NCBI GenBank assembly: GCA_964620675.1
Contig: CAZUJU010000001.1
Span: forward strand, 51,576-115,575
Source of the DNA: an uncultured Thiotrichales bacterium
GTDB lineage: Bacteria > Pseudomonadota > Gammaproteobacteria > UWMA-0217
Direction: 5' to 3'
DNA: 64,000 nucleotides
Part shown: piece by piece, positions 51,383 to 64,000 of the stretch
Layout of the letters: every line of letters begins with the position of its first letter
Position numbering within the stretch: position 1 is the stretch's first letter
Translations under genes and position numbers: made by a program
Notes under the pieces: generated by a model
The model's database searches: none
What the model saw: the letters and a program-made list of their open reading frames with translations, nothing else
What the model was told of the DNA's origin: nothing

Positions 51383-51409
51383 AAAAAAAGGCAGCGATCG
51401 CTGCCTTTT
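51383..51409 (-). terminator. Rho-independent terminator after atpC (palindromic, potentially bidirectional).
   Basis: AAAAAAA-GGCAGCGATCGCTGCC-TTTT. On the minus strand the hairpin is followed by TTTTTTTATTTTT. Confidence 0.75.
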
Positions 51410-51444
51410 GGACGTCGTTCACAGTTTGTTGATCCGACGTACGT

Positions 51445-51870
51445 TTATCTTAGACGCTTGCGCAGTTTCGCGATGAGTTGCAGTTGCGCCGCCGCTTCGA
51501 TCAATTCTGCTTGGGCCCGGGCATAGTCGATTCCGGTTTGACGGTTACGCAACGCCTCTTCAGCGCGTTGCTTGGCTTCCAGCGCTTTTGCCTCGTCCAA
51601 GTCCTCGGCCCGAATACCGGTGTCGGCGAGTACCGTCACGACATGGGGTTGAATCTCCAGGATTCCGCCACTGACGAAAATGTGAATGAAGTCCTTGTCG
51701 CCGGGTGCCTTGATACGAACCTCGCCCGGTTTCAAGCGCGTCACGAGCTGCGCGTGCCGCGGCAGGATTCCGATCTCGCCCATTTCGGCGGGCGCGATCA
51801 CCTCCTCTGCGGTACCGGAGTAAATCGCGGCCTCGGCAGAGACGATTTCGACATGCATGGTCATAGCCAT
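51445..51870 (-). CDS. atpC: ATP synthase F1 epsilon subunit.
   Basis: 141 aa. N-terminal beta-sandwich and C-terminal helical hairpin. Last gene of the atp operon. Confidence 0.9.
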   Translation of the reverse strand: MAMTMHVEIVSAEAAIYSGTAEEVIAPAEMGEIGILPRHAQLVTRLKPGEVRIKAPGDKDFIHIFVSGGILEIQPHVVTVLADTGIRAEDLDEAKALEAKQRAEEALRNRQTGIDYARAQAELIEAAAQLQLIAKLRKRLR

Positions 51871-51893
51871 AACAGAGTTACCGCTGCTGGGGT

Positions 51894-53297
<1,404 letters not shown>

Positions 53298-53316
53298 TTA
53301 AATTTGGATGGGTTCA

Positions 53317-54174
53317 CTAGACCGCTGCGGCGCCACCGACGATTTCGGAGATCTCCTGCGTAATCGCGGCCTGGCGTGCTTTGTTGTAAATCAGTTGAAG
53401 CTCGTCAATGAGTTCGCCGGCGTTGTCGGACGCGCTTTTCATCGCAACCATGCGCGCGGCCATTTCGCAGGCCACGTTTTCAACAACCGCCTGATAGACC
53501 ACGGATTCGACGTATCGCGTCAGCAGGCCGTCCAGCACTTCCTTCGAGTCGGGTTCGTAAATGTAATCCCAATAGTGCTTTAGCGATTCTTCGCCGGAGG
53601 CCTCAATGGGGACCAGCGTTGAAATTTTTGCCTGTTGCGTCATCGTGTTGACGAACTCATTTTCGACGAGATCGATGCGATCGATCGCGCCTGCTTCATA
53701 CGCATCAAGCATCACCTTGATGGTCCCGATAAGATCATCGACGTGGGGAACATCGCCCAAATGAATCACGGTTGAGCGGACGTCGCCGAGTCGCTTGAAG
53801 AACCCCTGGGCTTTGGTACCGATCAAGCAAAACTCGACCTCCGTACCTTGCTCGCGCCATTGCTTGACCGCGAAAACGGCCTTTTTGAACAAGTTGATGT
53901 TCAGGCCGCCACACAGTCCGCGATCGGTGGAGACCACGATCAGACCGACCCGTTTTACTTCTCGCTCGATGAGATACGGGTGCTTGTACTCTGGATGTGC
54001 CATTGCCAAGTGACTGATAACACCTCGAATTTTTTGCGCATAGGGCTTCGATGCCGCCATCCGGTCTTGCGCCTTGCGCATTTTCGAGGCCGCGACCATT
54101 TCCATCGCTTTGGTGATCTTTTGAGTACTTTTGATACTCTTGATCTTGGTTCGAATCTCTTTGGCGCCTGCCAT
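53317..54174 (-). CDS. atpG: ATP synthase F1 gamma subunit.
   Basis: 285 aa. [37 protein letters not shown]-terminus. Confidence 0.9.
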   Translation of the reverse strand: MAGAKEIRTKIKSIKSTQKITKAMEMVAASKMRKAQDRMAASKPYAQKIRGVISHLAMAHPEYKHPYLIEREVKRVGLIVVSTDRGLCGGLNINLFKKAVFAVKQWREQGTEVEFCLIGTKAQGFFKRLGDVRSTVIHLGDVPHVDDLIGTIKVMLDAYEAGAIDRIDLVENEFVNTMTQQAKISTLVPIEASGEESLKHYWDYIYEPDSKEVLDGLLTRYVESVVYQAVVENVACEMAARMVAMKSASDNAGELIDELQLIYNKARQAAITQEISEIVGGAAAV

Positions 54175-54186
54175 GATCGTTACCGC

Positions 54187-55728
54187 TTACCAGCTGTGAG
54201 AGTTTTTAAATGACTCCAACGCCGCACGGATGCTCTGCGCGATTTCATCGTTGAAATCGCCGCTTGCGTTGATCGAATCGAGCAACGCACCCTGCTCGGA
54301 TCGGATGTAGCTCAGCAGCGCCGCTTCAAAATCGACGACTTTGTTGACTTCGACATCGTCGAGGAAACCCTCGTTGACCGCAAACAGCGAAAACGCCATC
54401 TCCGCGACCGACAACGGTGAGTATTGCGGCTGCTTCATCATTTCCGTTACCCGACGCCCGCGTTCGAGTTGCTTGCGGGTCTGTTCATCGAGATCGGATG
54501 CAAATTGCGAAAACGCCGCAAGTTCGCGGAACTGAGCAAGTGCGAGGCGCACGCCGCCGCCGAGTTTCTTGATGATCTTAGTCTGCGCGGCGCCCCCAAC
54601 GCGAGACACCGACAGACCGGCGTTGATCGCCGGACGGATGTTCGCATTGAACAGATCGGTTTCGAGAAAGATCTGGCCGTCGGTAATCGAGATCACGTTG
54701 GTCGGAACGAATGCGGAAACGTCGCCGGCCTGGGTTTCGATAATCGGCAACGCCGTCAGCGATCCAGTCTTGCCTTTGACCTCACCCTTCGTATAGGCCT
54801 CGACGTAAGCCTCATTGACCCGGGCCGCCCGTTCGAGCAAACGGGAATGGAGATAGAAAACATCGCCAGGATAGGCTTCCCGGCCGGGCGGGCGACGCAG
54901 CAGCAGTGAGACTTGACGATAGGCCCACGCCTGTTTCGTCAGATCGTCGTAGACGATCAATGCGTCTTCGCCGCGGTCGCGGAAATATTCACCCATTGAG
55001 CAGCCGGAATACGGGGCGATGTACTGCATCGCAGCCGACTCGGCCGCGGATGCGGCAACCACGATGGTGTGCTCCATCGCGCCATGCTCTTCGAGCTTGC
55101 GTACGACGTTCGCGATCGAAGAGGCCTTTTGGCCGACGGCGACGTATACGCACGTAATACCGGTGCCGCATTGATTGATGATTGCATCGATCGCGACGGC
55201 GGACTTACCGGTCTGGCGGTCACCGATAATCAACTCGCGTTGGCCACGGCCGATTGGCACCATCGCGTCGATGGCCTTCAAGCCGGTTTGTACCGGTTGC
55301 GAAACGGACTTCCGTTCGATGACTCCCGGCGCAATTTTTTCGATGGGCTCGTAACCGTCGGCCTCAATCGGACCGCGGCCGTCGATCGGGTTGCCGAGGG
55401 CGTCCACCACGCGCCCGAGCAAACCGCGCCCAACCGGAACTTGTAAGATTCGGCCGGTGCATTTCGCAGTATCGCCTTCGGTAATGTGTTTGTAATCCCC
55501 GAGCACCACCGCGCCGACCGAATCACGCTCCAGGTTCAGCGCAAGGCCAAAGGTGTCGCCGGGAAACTCAATCATTTCACCGGCCATGACTTCGCCCAGA
55601 CCATGCAGGCGAACAATGCCGTCAGTGACGTTGACGACGGTTCCCTCGGTGCGCGCCTCGGATACGACTTCGAAATCGGCGATTCGCTTCTTGATTAATT
55701 CACTGATTTCAGTGGAATTTAATTGCAT
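54187..55728 (-). CDS. atpA: ATP synthase F1 alpha subunit.
   Basis: GDRQTGKS Walker A. 513 aa. Confidence 0.95.
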   Translation of the reverse strand: MQLNSTEISELIKKRIADFEVVSEARTEGTVVNVTDGIVRLHGLGEVMAGEMIEFPGDTFGLALNLERDSVGAVVLGDYKHITEGDTAKCTGRILQVPVGRGLLGRVVDALGNPIDGRGPIEADGYEPIEKIAPGVIERKSVSQPVQTGLKAIDAMVPIGRGQRELIIGDRQTGKSAVAIDAIINQCGTGITCVYVAVGQKASSIANVVRKLEEHGAMEHTIVVAASAAESAAMQYIAPYSGCSMGEYFRDRGEDALIVYDDLTKQAWAYRQVSLLLRRPPGREAYPGDVFYLHSRLLERAARVNEAYVEAYTKGEVKGKTGSLTALPIIETQAGDVSAFVPTNVISITDGQIFLETDLFNANIRPAINAGLSVSRVGGAAQTKIIKKLGGGVRLALAQFRELAAFSQFASDLDEQTRKQLERGRRVTEMMKQPQYSPLSVAEMAFSLFAVNEGFLDDVEVNKVVDFEAALLSYIRSEQGALLDSINASGDFNDEIAQSIRAALESFKNSHSW

Positions 55729-55742
55729 TTGAAAATTCCTCG

Positions 55743-56279
55743 TTAGCGATTCATGACGCTGGTCAGTTTATCCAGGCGGCCTTTGATCGAACCATCGATA
55801 ACCAAATCCCCGGCGCGCACGATGGCACCGCCAATCAAACTGGGATCTATTCGGGTTGAGGTCTTCACCTCGCGACCCAAGCGTTGCTGCAACGCATTCG
55901 CGATCGCCTGATGCTGCGTTGGATCGATTTCCATGGCAGTGATGATCTCGGCTTCGACTACGCCTTCGGCTTCGGCACGCAGATTCTCGTAAAGCGCGGA
56001 GATTTGCGGCAGTACCGCCAGACGTCCATTGTCCGCCAATACACGAACGAGGTTCTTCGCGGACTCGTCGATCTGCACCCCGCAGGACTTGATCAATAAG
56101 CCGGCCGCTTCTTCGCGACTGAGACTCGGTTGCTGCAGCATGCGGTGCAACGAGGGGTCCGCGGCGAATGCCGACAAAACCTCAAGGCTTTCCGACCAAG
56201 ACTCGAGCTTGCCGCTATCGCGGGCCGTTTCAAACAGAGCCCGAGCGTAGGGTCGGGCGACGGTGTTTAAGTCAGACAT
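55743..56279 (-). CDS. atpH: ATP synthase F1 delta subunit.
   Basis: 178 aa OSCP/delta family ([10 protein letters not shown]...). Confidence 0.85.
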   Translation of the reverse strand: MSDLNTVARPYARALFETARDSGKLESWSESLEVLSAFAADPSLHRMLQQPSLSREEAAGLLIKSCGVQIDESAKNLVRVLADNGRLAVLPQISALYENLRAEAEGVVEAEIITAMEIDPTQHQAIANALQQRLGREVKTSTRIDPSLIGGAIVRAGDLVIDGSIKGRLDKLTSVMNR

Positions 56280-56289
56280 GATTGGGCCT

Positions 56290-56760
56290 TCAGATCCGGG
56301 CGATCAAGTCGTCCAGCACCTGGCTATGGACTTTCGGGTCGATCTCCTTGCCGATGATTTTCTTCGCGGCGTCGAGCGCGATCGACGAGACCTGGGCGCG
56401 CAGCTGCTCACGCGCCTGATTGACCTCTTGCGAAATTTCAGCTTGCGCTGCGTTTTTCAGGCGGTCGCCTTCATCGCGCGCCGCGACTTTCGCTTCGTCG
56501 ACGATTTCGCCGGCACGGCGCTGAGCTTGGGCGATGATCTCGGCCGCTTGTTGCTTGGCGGCGCGCATCGAATCGCCAGCGCGCTCATGGGCGAGTTCCT
56601 GTTCATGCCGACCACGTTCGGCGGCGGCGAGACCTTCGGCGATACGCTTTTTACGATCTTCGAGCATCTTGATCATCGGATCCCAGAGCACCGCCCTGAT
56701 GAACCATACCAAGATGGCGAAAACCAGCATCTGACCGATAAGAGTAGCGGTGATGTTCAC
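56290..56760 (-). CDS. atpF: ATP synthase Fo subunit b.
   Basis: 156 aa. N-terminal TM then a long charged coiled coil. Confidence 0.85.
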   Translation of the reverse strand: MNITATLIGQMLVFAILVWFIRAVLWDPMIKMLEDRKKRIAEGLAAAERGRHEQELAHERAGDSMRAAKQQAAEIIAQAQRRAGEIVDEAKVAARDEGDRLKNAAQAEISQEVNQAREQLRAQVSSIALDAAKKIIGKEIDPKVHSQVLDDLIARI

Positions 56761-56812
56761 GACGACGCTCTCTCTTTGCTAGTGATTGAGGATGTTCGCG
56801 ACCAGCCGGTAT

Positions 56813-57097
56813 TCACCCGCCGAGCGCCGCCTTGGCCGCTCCCACGAAGGGGTTCGCAAAGATGAACCACATCGAGATACCCAGCACGATCATCGGGAAT
56901 GCTTCCATCAATCCGCCGGTGAACAACATCTGACCCGTCAATTGCGGACGCATTTCCGGCTGCCTGGCGATGCCTTCCATGAATTTCGAGCAGATCAGGC
57001 CCCACCCGAGTGCCGAGCCGAGTCCGGCGGCAGCAAGAATGATCCCTACGCCTAGGGCGGTGTACGCGTAAATCATGGCTAGTTCAGCAGGACTCAT
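56813..57097 (-). CDS. atpE: ATP synthase Fo subunit c.
   Basis: Two-TM hairpin with ...KFMEGIARQPEM... loop and a C-terminal FANPFVG. ATG at 57097 with an AGGAGA RBS; the track start at 57103 is TTG. Confidence 0.85.
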   Translation of the reverse strand: MSPAELAMIYAYTALGVGIILAAAGLGSALGWGLICSKFMEGIARQPEMRPQLTGQMLFTGGLMEAFPMIVLGISMWFIFANPFVGAAKAALGG

Positions 57098-57134
57098 GAT
57101 CAAGATCTCCTAGATTGGACGTTGATTTTAAAAG

Positions 57135-57995
57135 CTAGTGGTGTTCGTCGGATTGATGCGCCAGACCCAGATACACGATCGTCAGGAGCATGAAGATAAA
57201 CGCTTGGAGGCTAATCACCAAGATGTGGAAGATCGCCCACAAGGTACCGAGCACGATGTGGCCAAGGCTCGCGTAGATCGAAAACGAGAGCAGCGCGATC
57301 AATAGGAACAGCAACTCGCCGGCAAACATGTTTCCAAACAGACGCAGCGCGAGGCTCACGGGTTTGGCGATTTCCTCGATCGTGGTCATCACGATGTTGA
57401 TCGGGATCGCGTATTTTCCGAACGGGTGAAACAGAAACTGCTTGGCGTAGCCGACCGCACCCTTGACCTTGATGTTGTAGTAGATACTCAACGCAAAGAC
57501 GGAGAGCGCAAGAGCGAAGGTGGTATCGAGGTTCGTCGTCGGGACGACCTTCATGTATACGTGGTGGGGATCCGCACCGAACCAACCGGCAATGGTGGTC
57601 GTGATGGCCGGAATCAGGTCGACAGGTACCAGATCCATCGCATTCATCAGGAACACCCAGATGAAGATTGTTAGCGAGAGCGGTCCTATGATGGGATTCG
57701 AGCCGGGGAAAATATCCTTGATTTGTTGGTTGACGAACTCCACGATCGCTTCGACAACGTTTTGAAACCCTGAAGGATTATCGGCACTGAGGTTTCTCCC
57801 GACGCGCCAGGCGAAATATCCGAACAGAACTGCGAGCGCAACACTCCAGAGAAAGGTGTCGATGAAAAATGCGCCAAAATCAACGATGCTTGACGGTTTA
57901 TGGGTTTCGGGATCACATCCGATGCACCAGTTCGTCAAGTGGTGCTGGATATACTGCACCGGATTTGAGGAAATCGGCTCTTCGACAGTACTCAC
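57135..57995 (-). CDS. atpB: ATP synthase Fo subunit a.
   Basis: 286 aa polytopic protein. Conserved LRLFGNMFAGE motif containing the essential Arg. Confidence 0.9.
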   Translation of the reverse strand: MSTVEEPISSNPVQYIQHHLTNWCIGCDPETHKPSSIVDFGAFFIDTFLWSVALAVLFGYFAWRVGRNLSADNPSGFQNVVEAIVEFVNQQIKDIFPGSNPIIGPLSLTIFIWVFLMNAMDLVPVDLIPAITTTIAGWFGADPHHVYMKVVPTTNLDTTFALALSVFALSIYYNIKVKGAVGYAKQFLFHPFGKYAIPINIVMTTIEEIAKPVSLALRLFGNMFAGELLFLLIALLSFSIYASLGHIVLGTLWAIFHILVISLQAFIFMLLTIVYLGLAHQSDEHH

Positions 57996-58011
57996 GTCGG
58001 TCCTCTTGTTG

Positions 58012-58368
58012 TTAAACGCCGATGGCAGCCTTGCCTGAGATCAGGTAGGCAAGCTGAGCGACGGCAAAACTCGCGAGCAATGGTATCGCGTCCAAATGCA
58101 AAGCCCCAAGCCCGACGCCCAACATGACCAAGGCGAACACGAAACGTTGCATTGCGCCGAAATATAGGGCGTATACACCCTGCTTGGGATCATCCTTGGC
58201 GAGTACGCCCGCTTGCACGATCCGCCGATTCAACCAATAGCTGTTGATCAACGCGACTGCCCCGCCGTACAGGCCCGCGAGTACTCCATCGAGTTGATGG
58301 TAGTACCCGGAAACGCCGACCACGAGTGCGACCAGGATGAACTGCGTCAGGAAAAGTCGATGGTGCAT
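58012..58368 (-). CDS. atpI: ATP synthase protein I.
   Basis: 118 aa hydrophobic protein immediately upstream of atpB. Confidence 0.7.
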   Translation of the reverse strand: MHHRLFLTQFILVALVVGVSGYYHQLDGVLAGLYGGAVALINSYWLNRRIVQAGVLAKDDPKQGVYALYFGAMQRFVFALVMLGVGLGALHLDAIPLLASFAVAQLAYLISGKAAIGV

Positions 58369-58503
58369 GGCTTGCTATGCGTTAACCACGCGCTGCCCGG
58401 ATCCTGGGACGCCGCCGCCGTTGCGCGCGTACGCTCATCGTCGCGTGCGGCAGTATAGGGAGCATCCTTAAACGGGTCAATAATCGAGCAACCAAGCATT
58501 GGA

Positions 58504-59364
58504 TCATTTAATGTGTGCCAGGATGCCGTCGAGCTCGTCGAGATCGTTGTAGTTGATCACGAGTTTGCCCTTGCCGTGTTGGTTGTATTGAATCTCGACC
58601 CGCGCGCCGAGACGATCGGCGAGGTCTGATTCGAGGCGCACGAGATCCGGTGACCGCAATCGAGGCGGCCTCGCGTCTGCCGGCCGATCGGTTTTGAGCA
58701 GATTCACGTAGCGCTCGGTTTCACGCACGGTGAGGCCGCGCGCGACCACGTGCTGCGCGGCCTGAACCTGCGTCGTACCGCTGAGCGCCAGCAGGGCACG
58801 GGCATGGCCCATTTCGAGCTTGCCGACCTCGAGCAATTCCCGGGTTGGCTCCTCGAGATCACGTAAGCGCAGCAAATTGCTGACTGCGGCGCGTGAACGC
58901 CCGACCGATTCGGCGGCCTGCTGGTGGGTCATGCCAAACTCGTTGATTAGCCGCTGGAGTGCGTTGGCTTCCTCGAGGGGATTGAGGTTTTCGCGCTGGA
59001 TATTTTCGATCAACGCCATCGCCGCGGCGGCTTGGTCGGGAATCTCGCGGATAATTGAGGGGATTTCCTTAAGCCCGGCCAGTTGTGCCGCGCGCCAACG
59101 CCGTTCACCGGCAACGAGTTCGTAGCCGTCGCCAATTGGCCGCACTACGATGGGCTGGACCACACCTTGTGCACGGATCGATTCGGCGAGTTCCTCCAGC
59201 GCGGTGGGATCGATGTAAGTCCTTGGCTGATACTGGCCACGGTGGATTTTTTCCACCGCCAGATCGCGCAGGACCGTGGCGTCCTTCGCGTGGTCACGCA
59301 GACCGGTTGCCGCACTCAACAAAGCGTCGAGGCCACGCCCAAGGCCCGGTTTTTTCTGGACCAT
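58504..59364 (-). CDS. parB: Chromosome partitioning protein ParB.
   Basis: KPGLGRGLDALL, ParB box GERRWRAAQLAGL and an HTH. ATG at 59364, 4 bp after the parA stop. The track start at 59505 is an upstream extension. Confidence 0.9.
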   Translation of the reverse strand: MVQKKPGLGRGLDALLSAATGLRDHAKDATVLRDLAVEKIHRGQYQPRTYIDPTALEELAESIRAQGVVQPIVVRPIGDGYELVAGERRWRAAQLAGLKEIPSIIREIPDQAAAAMALIENIQRENLNPLEEANALQRLINEFGMTHQQAAESVGRSRAAVSNLLRLRDLEEPTRELLEVGKLEMGHARALLALSGTTQVQAAQHVVARGLTVRETERYVNLLKTDRPADARPPRLRSPDLVRLESDLADRLGARVEIQYNQHGKGKLVINYNDLDELDGILAHIK

Positions 59365-59368
59365 GCTG

Positions 59369-60151
59369 TTATCCCGTGACCGTTCTGGGCGCGTTGCGCC
59401 GCAACATTTCGCCGGCAAGGGCGAGATACGCCAGGGCGCCGCGCGACTCGCGATCATAATGAAGCACGGGAGTACCGTGCGATGGTGCCTCGGCGAGCCG
59501 GACATTGCGGGGAATGATCGTGTTGTACACGCGATTGCCGAAATGCGCGGTGAGCTGCTCGGAGACGTCGTTCGACAGGTTATTGCGCGGATCGTACATG
59601 GTGCGCAGGAGGCCTTCGATCTCGAGTTCCTCGTTGACCGAACCGCGGATCTCTTCGATGGTCTTGACCAGAGCGCTTAGACCTTCGAGCGCGTAGTACT
59701 CACACTGCATCGGGATCAGTACACCTTTCGCGGCGACCATCGCGTTGACAGTCAGCATATTGAGCGCTGGCGGGCAATCGATGATGATGAACTCGTAGCG
59801 CGCGATATCGGGTTCAATCGCCTTGCGCAGCCGAAACTCGCGTCCGAACACGGTCATCAGTTTGACCTCCGCGACGGTCAAATCGGAATTGGCGGGCAAT
59901 AAGTCGAATCCCCATTGCGCGAGCGTGATGGTGGCTTGCGCAACGGTGGCATCGCCCAGCAGCACATCGCAACTGGATCGCGCCAACGCATACTTGTCGA
60001 CCCCACAGCCCATGGTCGCGTTGCCTTGTGGGTCGAGGTCGATCAGCAATACCCGACGCTTGGTCGCGGCGAGGGAGGCCGCGAGATTTACGCTGGTGGT
60101 CGTCTTGCCGACGCCGCCTTTCTGGTTGGCGACTGCGAGTATTTTGGTCAT
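59369..60151 (-). CDS. parA: Chromosome partitioning ATPase ParA (Soj).
   Basis: Deviant Walker A KGGVGKTT. 260 aa. Confidence 0.9.
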   Translation of the reverse strand: MTKILAVANQKGGVGKTTTSVNLAASLAATKRRVLLIDLDPQGNATMGCGVDKYALARSSCDVLLGDATVAQATITLAQWGFDLLPANSDLTVAEVKLMTVFGREFRLRKAIEPDIARYEFIIIDCPPALNMLTVNAMVAAKGVLIPMQCEYYALEGLSALVKTIEEIRGSVNEELEIEGLLRTMYDPRNNLSNDVSEQLTAHFGNRVYNTIIPRNVRLAEAPSHGTPVLHYDRESRGALAYLALAGEMLRRNAPRTVTG

Positions 60152-60154
60152 CGC

Positions 60155-60817
60155 TCAGTTTGCAATTATCACGAGGTGCCGTTCCGCCGCGAGCCCGGGC
60201 ACCGTCAAGGGCTCGACCCGGTAGTCGCAGTCGGACTCAATCGCGGCGAGTTCATCCGATTGTAGTCTCGCCTTCATCGCCAGTAAGACCCCGCCCGGTG
60301 CACATAGCCGCCGCGCGTCGTCAACGAACTGTCGCAGGCTTGAATAGGCGCGACTGACGATGCAGTCGAACTCGCTCGGCGGTTGAAAGTCCGCGACTCG
60401 CGTTTGCACTGCGGCAGCATTAGTGAGGCGCAACTCTATCATCGCCTGACGGATAAAACGAATCTTCTTGCCGTTGGCGTCGAGGAGTGTAAAGCGCCGC
60501 GCAGGTTGATCGATAGCAAGAGGAATACCGGGTAAACCCGCCCCAGTACCCAGATCCAGGGCCGCGTTGCCCGAAAGAAAGCGAGCTACGGCGAGACTGT
60601 CGAAAAGGTGTTGCACCAGCATCTGCTGCGGATCGGTGATGGCGGTGAGGTTAAAGGCCGCATTCCAGCGTTGCAGCAGGGCAAGGTAATGAACTGCGGC
60701 GCCGACCTGCGACGGCTTCCAGGCGAGATCGATTTGCGCCAGCGCAGCGTCAATCCGCTCCGACCAGAGGGGTTCGTTCCATGGCGGACTCAACGCCCTC
60801 GGAACCGGATGCGTCAT
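60155..60817 (-). CDS. rsmG: 16S rRNA (guanine527-N7)-methyltransferase RsmG (GidB).
   Basis: SAM-binding [15 protein letters not shown]. 220 aa. Overlaps the mnmG stop. Confidence 0.85.
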   Translation of the reverse strand: MTHPVPRALSPPWNEPLWSERIDAALAQIDLAWKPSQVGAAVHYLALLQRWNAAFNLTAITDPQQMLVQHLFDSLAVARFLSGNAALDLGTGAGLPGIPLAIDQPARRFTLLDANGKKIRFIRQAMIELRLTNAAAVQTRVADFQPPSEFDCIVSRAYSSLRQFVDDARRLCAPGGVLLAMKARLQSDELAAIESDCDYRVEPLTVPGLAAERHLVIIAN

Positions 60818-62703
60818 GCGCGACGCTTCTTCAAATGAATTCGCAACAAAGAGATTGCCGCTGGCGTGATACCCGGTATTCGCGAGGCCTGACCGAGTGT
60901 CACGGGCCGGTGCCGTTGCAACTTGTGTAGGACTTCATGAGATAAGCCGATGACGTTTTCATAGTCGAGGTCGTCGGGAAGACGGGTTTGCTCCTGGCTT
61001 TGGATCTTGGCGATGTCCACGATCTGGCGCTCTATGTATCCCTCGTACTTGATCTGTATCTCGACCTGCTCGGCAACGTCGGCGCGATCGACGCCGGGAC
61101 CGGCGGCCTCTAGTCGCATCAAGGTGCGATAGTCGATTTCCGGGCGGCGCAATACCTCTTCGAGGCGATACTCCCGTTGCAAAGCGGTACCGAGCACGGT
61201 GCGGGCCTCCGCATCGGCAACCCGGCCCGGATGGATCCAGGTGTCGCGCAAGCGCTCGCGTTCGCGTTCGATGGCGTCGCGTTTGCTCGCGAATGCGCGC
61301 CATTGGGCTTCGCCAACGAGTCCAAGTTCATGCCCGCGTTCGGTGAGGCGAAGATCAGCGTTGTCTTCGCGCAGGAGTAGCCGATGCTCGGCGCGACTGG
61401 TGAACATGCGGTAAGGTTCCTGGGTACCCTGAGTCAACAGGTCGTCCACCAGTACCGCGAGATAGGCCTCGTGGCGTAACGGGGTCCACGAATCTCGTCC
61501 GAGTACCGCCAAAGCGGCGTTGAGCCCCGCAAGCAAGCCCTGTGCCGCGGCTTCTTCGTAACCGGTGGTGCCGTTGATCTGGCCGGCAAAGTACAAGCCA
61601 TGGATCGCACGCGTCTCCAACGAGGGTTTGAGGTCACGCGGATCGAAGTAGTCGTATTCGATCGCGTAGCCGGGGCGCGTGATGTGCGCGCGTTCTAGGC
61701 CACGAATCGAGCGCACCAGCGCAAGCTGTACGTCGAACGGCAGGCTGGTCGAGATCCCGTTCGGGTAAACCTCATGGGTATTCAGGCCCTCGGGTTCGAG
61801 GAAGATCTGGTGACTTGATTTGTCGGCAAATCGCACCACCTTGTCCTCGATCGACGGACAATAGCGTGGACCGATCCCTTCGATGCGGCCGCTGTACAAG
61901 GGCGAGCGGTCGAGTCCCCCGCGGATCACCTCATGGGTGGAAACGTTGGTGTGCGTGATATGGCAGAGGACTTGCCGCGGATGATCAGCAACGCCGCCGC
62001 GATACGAAAACACGGGTAAGGGGTCGTCGCCCGGTTGCGGTTCAAGCACACTGAAATCGATACTGCGGGCGTCGAGGCGCGGAGGTGTTCCGGTCTTGAG
62101 GCGCGCGACCCGCAGCGGCAGTTCGCGTAACCGCTCAGCGAGGGTTAACGCGGCCGGGTCACCCGCACGTCCACCGCGATGGTGGCTCTCGCCAATATGG
62201 ATCTTACCACCGAGAAACGTACCCACCGTGAGTACGACTGCGGCGGCTAAAAAATCGAGTCCCATCTGAGTTCGCACGCCCACGACGCGGTCACCATCGA
62301 GCAACAGATCGTCGACGGATTGCTGAAACAAGATCAGGTTTTCCTGATGTTCGAGCATCGCGCGAATCGCAGCCTTGTAGAGTTGGCGGTCGGCTTGCGC
62401 ACGGGTCGCGCGCACGGCTGGACCTTTGCGTCGATTGAGGATGCGAAACTGAATACCGGATCGATCCGCCGCCAGCGCCATCGCACCGCCGAGTGCATCG
62501 ATTTCCTTGACCAGATGACCCTTGCCGATACCGCCGATGGCCGGGTTGCAGCTCATCTGACCGAGGGTTTCGATGTTATGGGTGAGTAATAAGGTCTTGA
62601 CGCCGATGCGGGCAGCGGCCAAGGCGGCTTCGGTGCCCGCGTGACCTCCGCCAACGACGATCAATTCAAAGGCTTCAGGGTAACGCATGGCGTTCGTTTG
62701 CAA
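60814..62703 (-). CDS. mnmG: tRNA uridine 5-carboxymethylaminomethyl modification enzyme MnmG (GidA).
   Basis: FAD-binding [19 protein letters not shown]. 629 aa. Confidence 0.95.
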   Translation of the reverse strand: MQTNAMRYPEAFELIVVGGGHAGTEAALAAARIGVKTLLLTHNIETLGQMSCNPAIGGIGKGHLVKEIDALGGAMALAADRSGIQFRILNRRKGPAVRATRAQADRQLYKAAIRAMLEHQENLILFQQSVDDLLLDGDRVVGVRTQMGLDFLAAAVVLTVGTFLGGKIHIGESHHRGGRAGDPAALTLAERLRELPLRVARLKTGTPPRLDARSIDFSVLEPQPGDDPLPVFSYRGGVADHPRQVLCHITHTNVSTHEVIRGGLDRSPLYSGRIEGIGPRYCPSIEDKVVRFADKSSHQIFLEPEGLNTHEVYPNGISTSLPFDVQLALVRSIRGLERAHITRPGYAIEYDYFDPRDLKPSLETRAIHGLYFAGQINGTTGYEEAAAQGLLAGLNAALAVLGRDSWTPLRHEAYLAVLVDDLLTQGTQEPYRMFTSRAEHRLLLREDNADLRLTERGHELGLVGEAQWRAFASKRDAIERERERLRDTWIHPGRVADAEARTVLGTALQREYRLEEVLRRPEIDYRTLMRLEAAGPGVDRADVAEQVEIQIKYEGYIERQIVDIAKIQSQEQTRLPDDLDYENVIGLSHEVLHKLQRHRPVTLGQASRIPGITPAAISLLRIHLKKRRA

Positions 62704-62785
62704 TCGGTATATCGAGTTTAGATAGTCTAGGGCGTGCGGGCTGATGGGCCAAGATTACCACGCCGTCCGGTAACGTGCGGTCGGG

Positions 62786-64000
62786 CTACTTCCCGATACA
62801 GAAACTGCTAAACACGCGTTCGAGCAGATCTTCGGTGGTAAATCGTCCGGTGATGCGTCCCAAGGCCTCCAGTGCGACCCGCAACTCTTCAGCTACCAGT
62901 TCCCCGGCGCGGGTCTCTACCAGCAGCTCGCGCGCCTTTAACACCGCGGCCTGGGATTCCGAGAGCGCGTCCAGGTGGCGCCGACGTGCCATGAAACTGT
63001 CTTCAATCTCGGCGCGGTACCCGATTTGCGCGAGCAATGCATCACGCAATGCATCGATCCCTTCGCCGGAGCGCGCCGCGATAAAGACGCGATCTCCCTC
63101 ACGCCCCGCGGGATGTCCGGTCAAGTCGATTTTGTTGTGAACTTCAAGCACGGCGATATCCGGTGGGAGGCGCCGCTGAATCGCCGCGTCTTCGGCGGTA
63201 AATCCGCGCGTATCATCGAGTAAATGCAGGATTACGTCGGCCCCTTCAATCTCGCGCCAGGCGCGCTCGATGCCGATGCGTTCGACGGGATCTGAGCTAT
63301 CGCGCAACCCGGCGGTATCGACCAGATGGACCGGAATTCCGTTCAGCTGGATCCGCTCACGCAAGACGTCACGCGTGGTGCCCGCGACCTCGGTGACGAT
63401 CGCGGCGTCCGTCTCGGCGAGCGCATTTAATAAACTGGATTTTCCTGCATTCGGCAGCCCGGCGATCACCAAGTGCAATCCTTCGCGCAACAGACTGCCT
63501 TGTCGCGCCTTGAGGGTGATCTGGTCGAGTGCGTCGAGGGTTTGCGCCAGACGTTGGGTAAGTTCCGTGTCGGCGAGGAAATCGATTTCCTCTTCCGGGA
63601 AATCCAGCGCGGCCTCAACGAAGACGCGCAGATCGATCAGCTGCGCCTGTAGCGCAAGGATCGCCGCGGAGAACGCCCCACGCAGCGAGCGCAACGCGCT
63701 ACGCGCGGCCTGTGCCGTTGTACTTTCGATTAAATCGGCGATTGCCTCGGCCTGCGCGAGGTCAAGCTTGTCGTTTAAAAATGCGCGCTCGCTGAATTCA
63801 CCTGGTCGTGCGAGTCGCGCGCCGCAAGCGATGCAATATTGCAACAACAGATCAAGGACGATCGGACCGCCGTGGGCTTGAAGTTCGAGGACATCCTCGC
63901 CGGTGAATGAATTCGGAGCCGGGAAATAAAGGCCGATTCCTTGATCGAGAACGTCACCCTCGGCATCGACGAAGGTTTGGTAGGTCGCGTGACGCGGTCG
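62786..64000 (-). CDS. mnmE: tRNA modification GTPase MnmE (TrmE). C-terminal ~400 aa only; the N-terminus is beyond the window's 3' edge.
   Basis: The in-frame translation continues to position 64000 (...DVLDQGIGLYFPAPNSFTGEDVLELQAHGGPIVLDLLLQYC...). G-domain motifs (GLPNAGKSSLLNAL) and the C-terminal CIGK are present. Confidence 0.9.
   Translation of the reverse strand, partial: RPRHATYQTFVDAEGDVLDQGIGLYFPAPNSFTGEDVLELQAHGGPIVLDLLLQYCIACGARLARPGEFSERAFLNDKLDLAQAEAIADLIESTTAQAARSALRSLRGAFSAAILALQAQLIDLRVFVEAALDFPEEEIDFLADTELTQRLAQTLDALDQITLKARQGSLLREGLHLVIAGLPNAGKSSLLNALAETDAAIVTEVAGTTRDVLRERIQLNGIPVHLVDTAGLRDSSDPVERIGIERAWREIEGADVILHLLDDTRGFTAEDAAIQRRLPPDIAVLEVHNKIDLTGHPAGREGDRVFIAARSGEGIDALRDALLAQIGYRAEIEDSFMARRRHLDALSESQAAVLKARELLVETRAGELVAEELRVALEALGRITGRFTTEDLLERVFSSFCIGK

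Noticed and set aside
58369-59505. parS site (TGTTTCACGTGAAACA) near parAB.
   Set aside because: No 16-bp match or close variant was found by eye in or around parB and the atpI spacer. An exhaustive scan was not possible manually, so absence is not certain.
60814-62800. Possible chromosomal origin (oriC) near mnmG/mnmE, as in enterobacteria.
   Set aside because: mnmE and mnmG are separated by only ~80 bp and all neighbouring genes (rsmG, parAB, atpI) are contiguous. No AT-rich DnaA-box cluster or dnaA gene is present. A Pseudomonas-type origin (rpmH/dnaA) would lie outside this window.

Overview
This 64 kb window is high-GC (~62%) and densely coding. It looks like conserved chromosomal core of a gammaproteobacterium, and the gene order is strikingly Pseudomonas-like. 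I recognise roughly 60 genes and saw no rRNA, tRNA, CRISPR array, transposase or integrase. Gene order from 5' to 3' is: (1) a Pil-Chp twitching-motility chemosensory cluster on the minus strand, pilG-pilH-pilI-pilJ-chpA, with chpA running off the 5' edge, and with gshB and a TonB3-like gene divergent from pilG; (2) yqgE-ruvX-pyrR-pyrB and an inactive dihydroorotase-like pyrC'; (3) three tandem PilT-family retraction ATPases (pilT, pilU and a third paralog with a disordered C-terminal tail), divergent from yggS-proC-yggT-yggU; (4) a three-gene molybdoenzyme operon whose catalytic subunit has no Tat signal, whose four-cluster FeS subunit has no signal, and whose third subunit is an NrfD/PsrC-type membrane anchor, the best fit being SoeABC cytoplasmic sulfite dehydrogenase; (5) a dacB-like PBP4, then a cobalamin riboswitch followed by btuB; (6) an EEP-family gene, dsbA, cytochrome c4, engB and polA; (7) a LOG-family gene, glnA with an NtrC-box and sigma54 promoter, and ntrB-ntrC; (8) trmL, then gpsA-secB-trxC-grxC-yibN rhodanese on the minus strand, then a small ArsR-family regulator divergent from envC; (9) ctpA, a DJ-1/yajL gene and a small orphan DUF2384-like gene; (10) glmS-glmU, the full ATP synthase operon atpIBEFHAGDC, parB-parA, rsmG and mnmG, with mnmE running off the 3' edge. 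I found no clearly novel multi-gene system. The points worth a second look are the SoeABC-like operon, the third PilU-like ATPase, the ArsR-family (BigR/SqrR-like) regulator with its palindromic operator next to a rhodanese, the low-GC engB/polA intergenic region (the syntenic site of Spot42/ErsA sRNAs), a sigma54 promoter abutting the ntrB start, and the orphan DUF2384 gene. Most gene starts are refined from the ORF track, which uses TTG/GTG starts; motif coordinates are approximate (plus or minus 2 nt).
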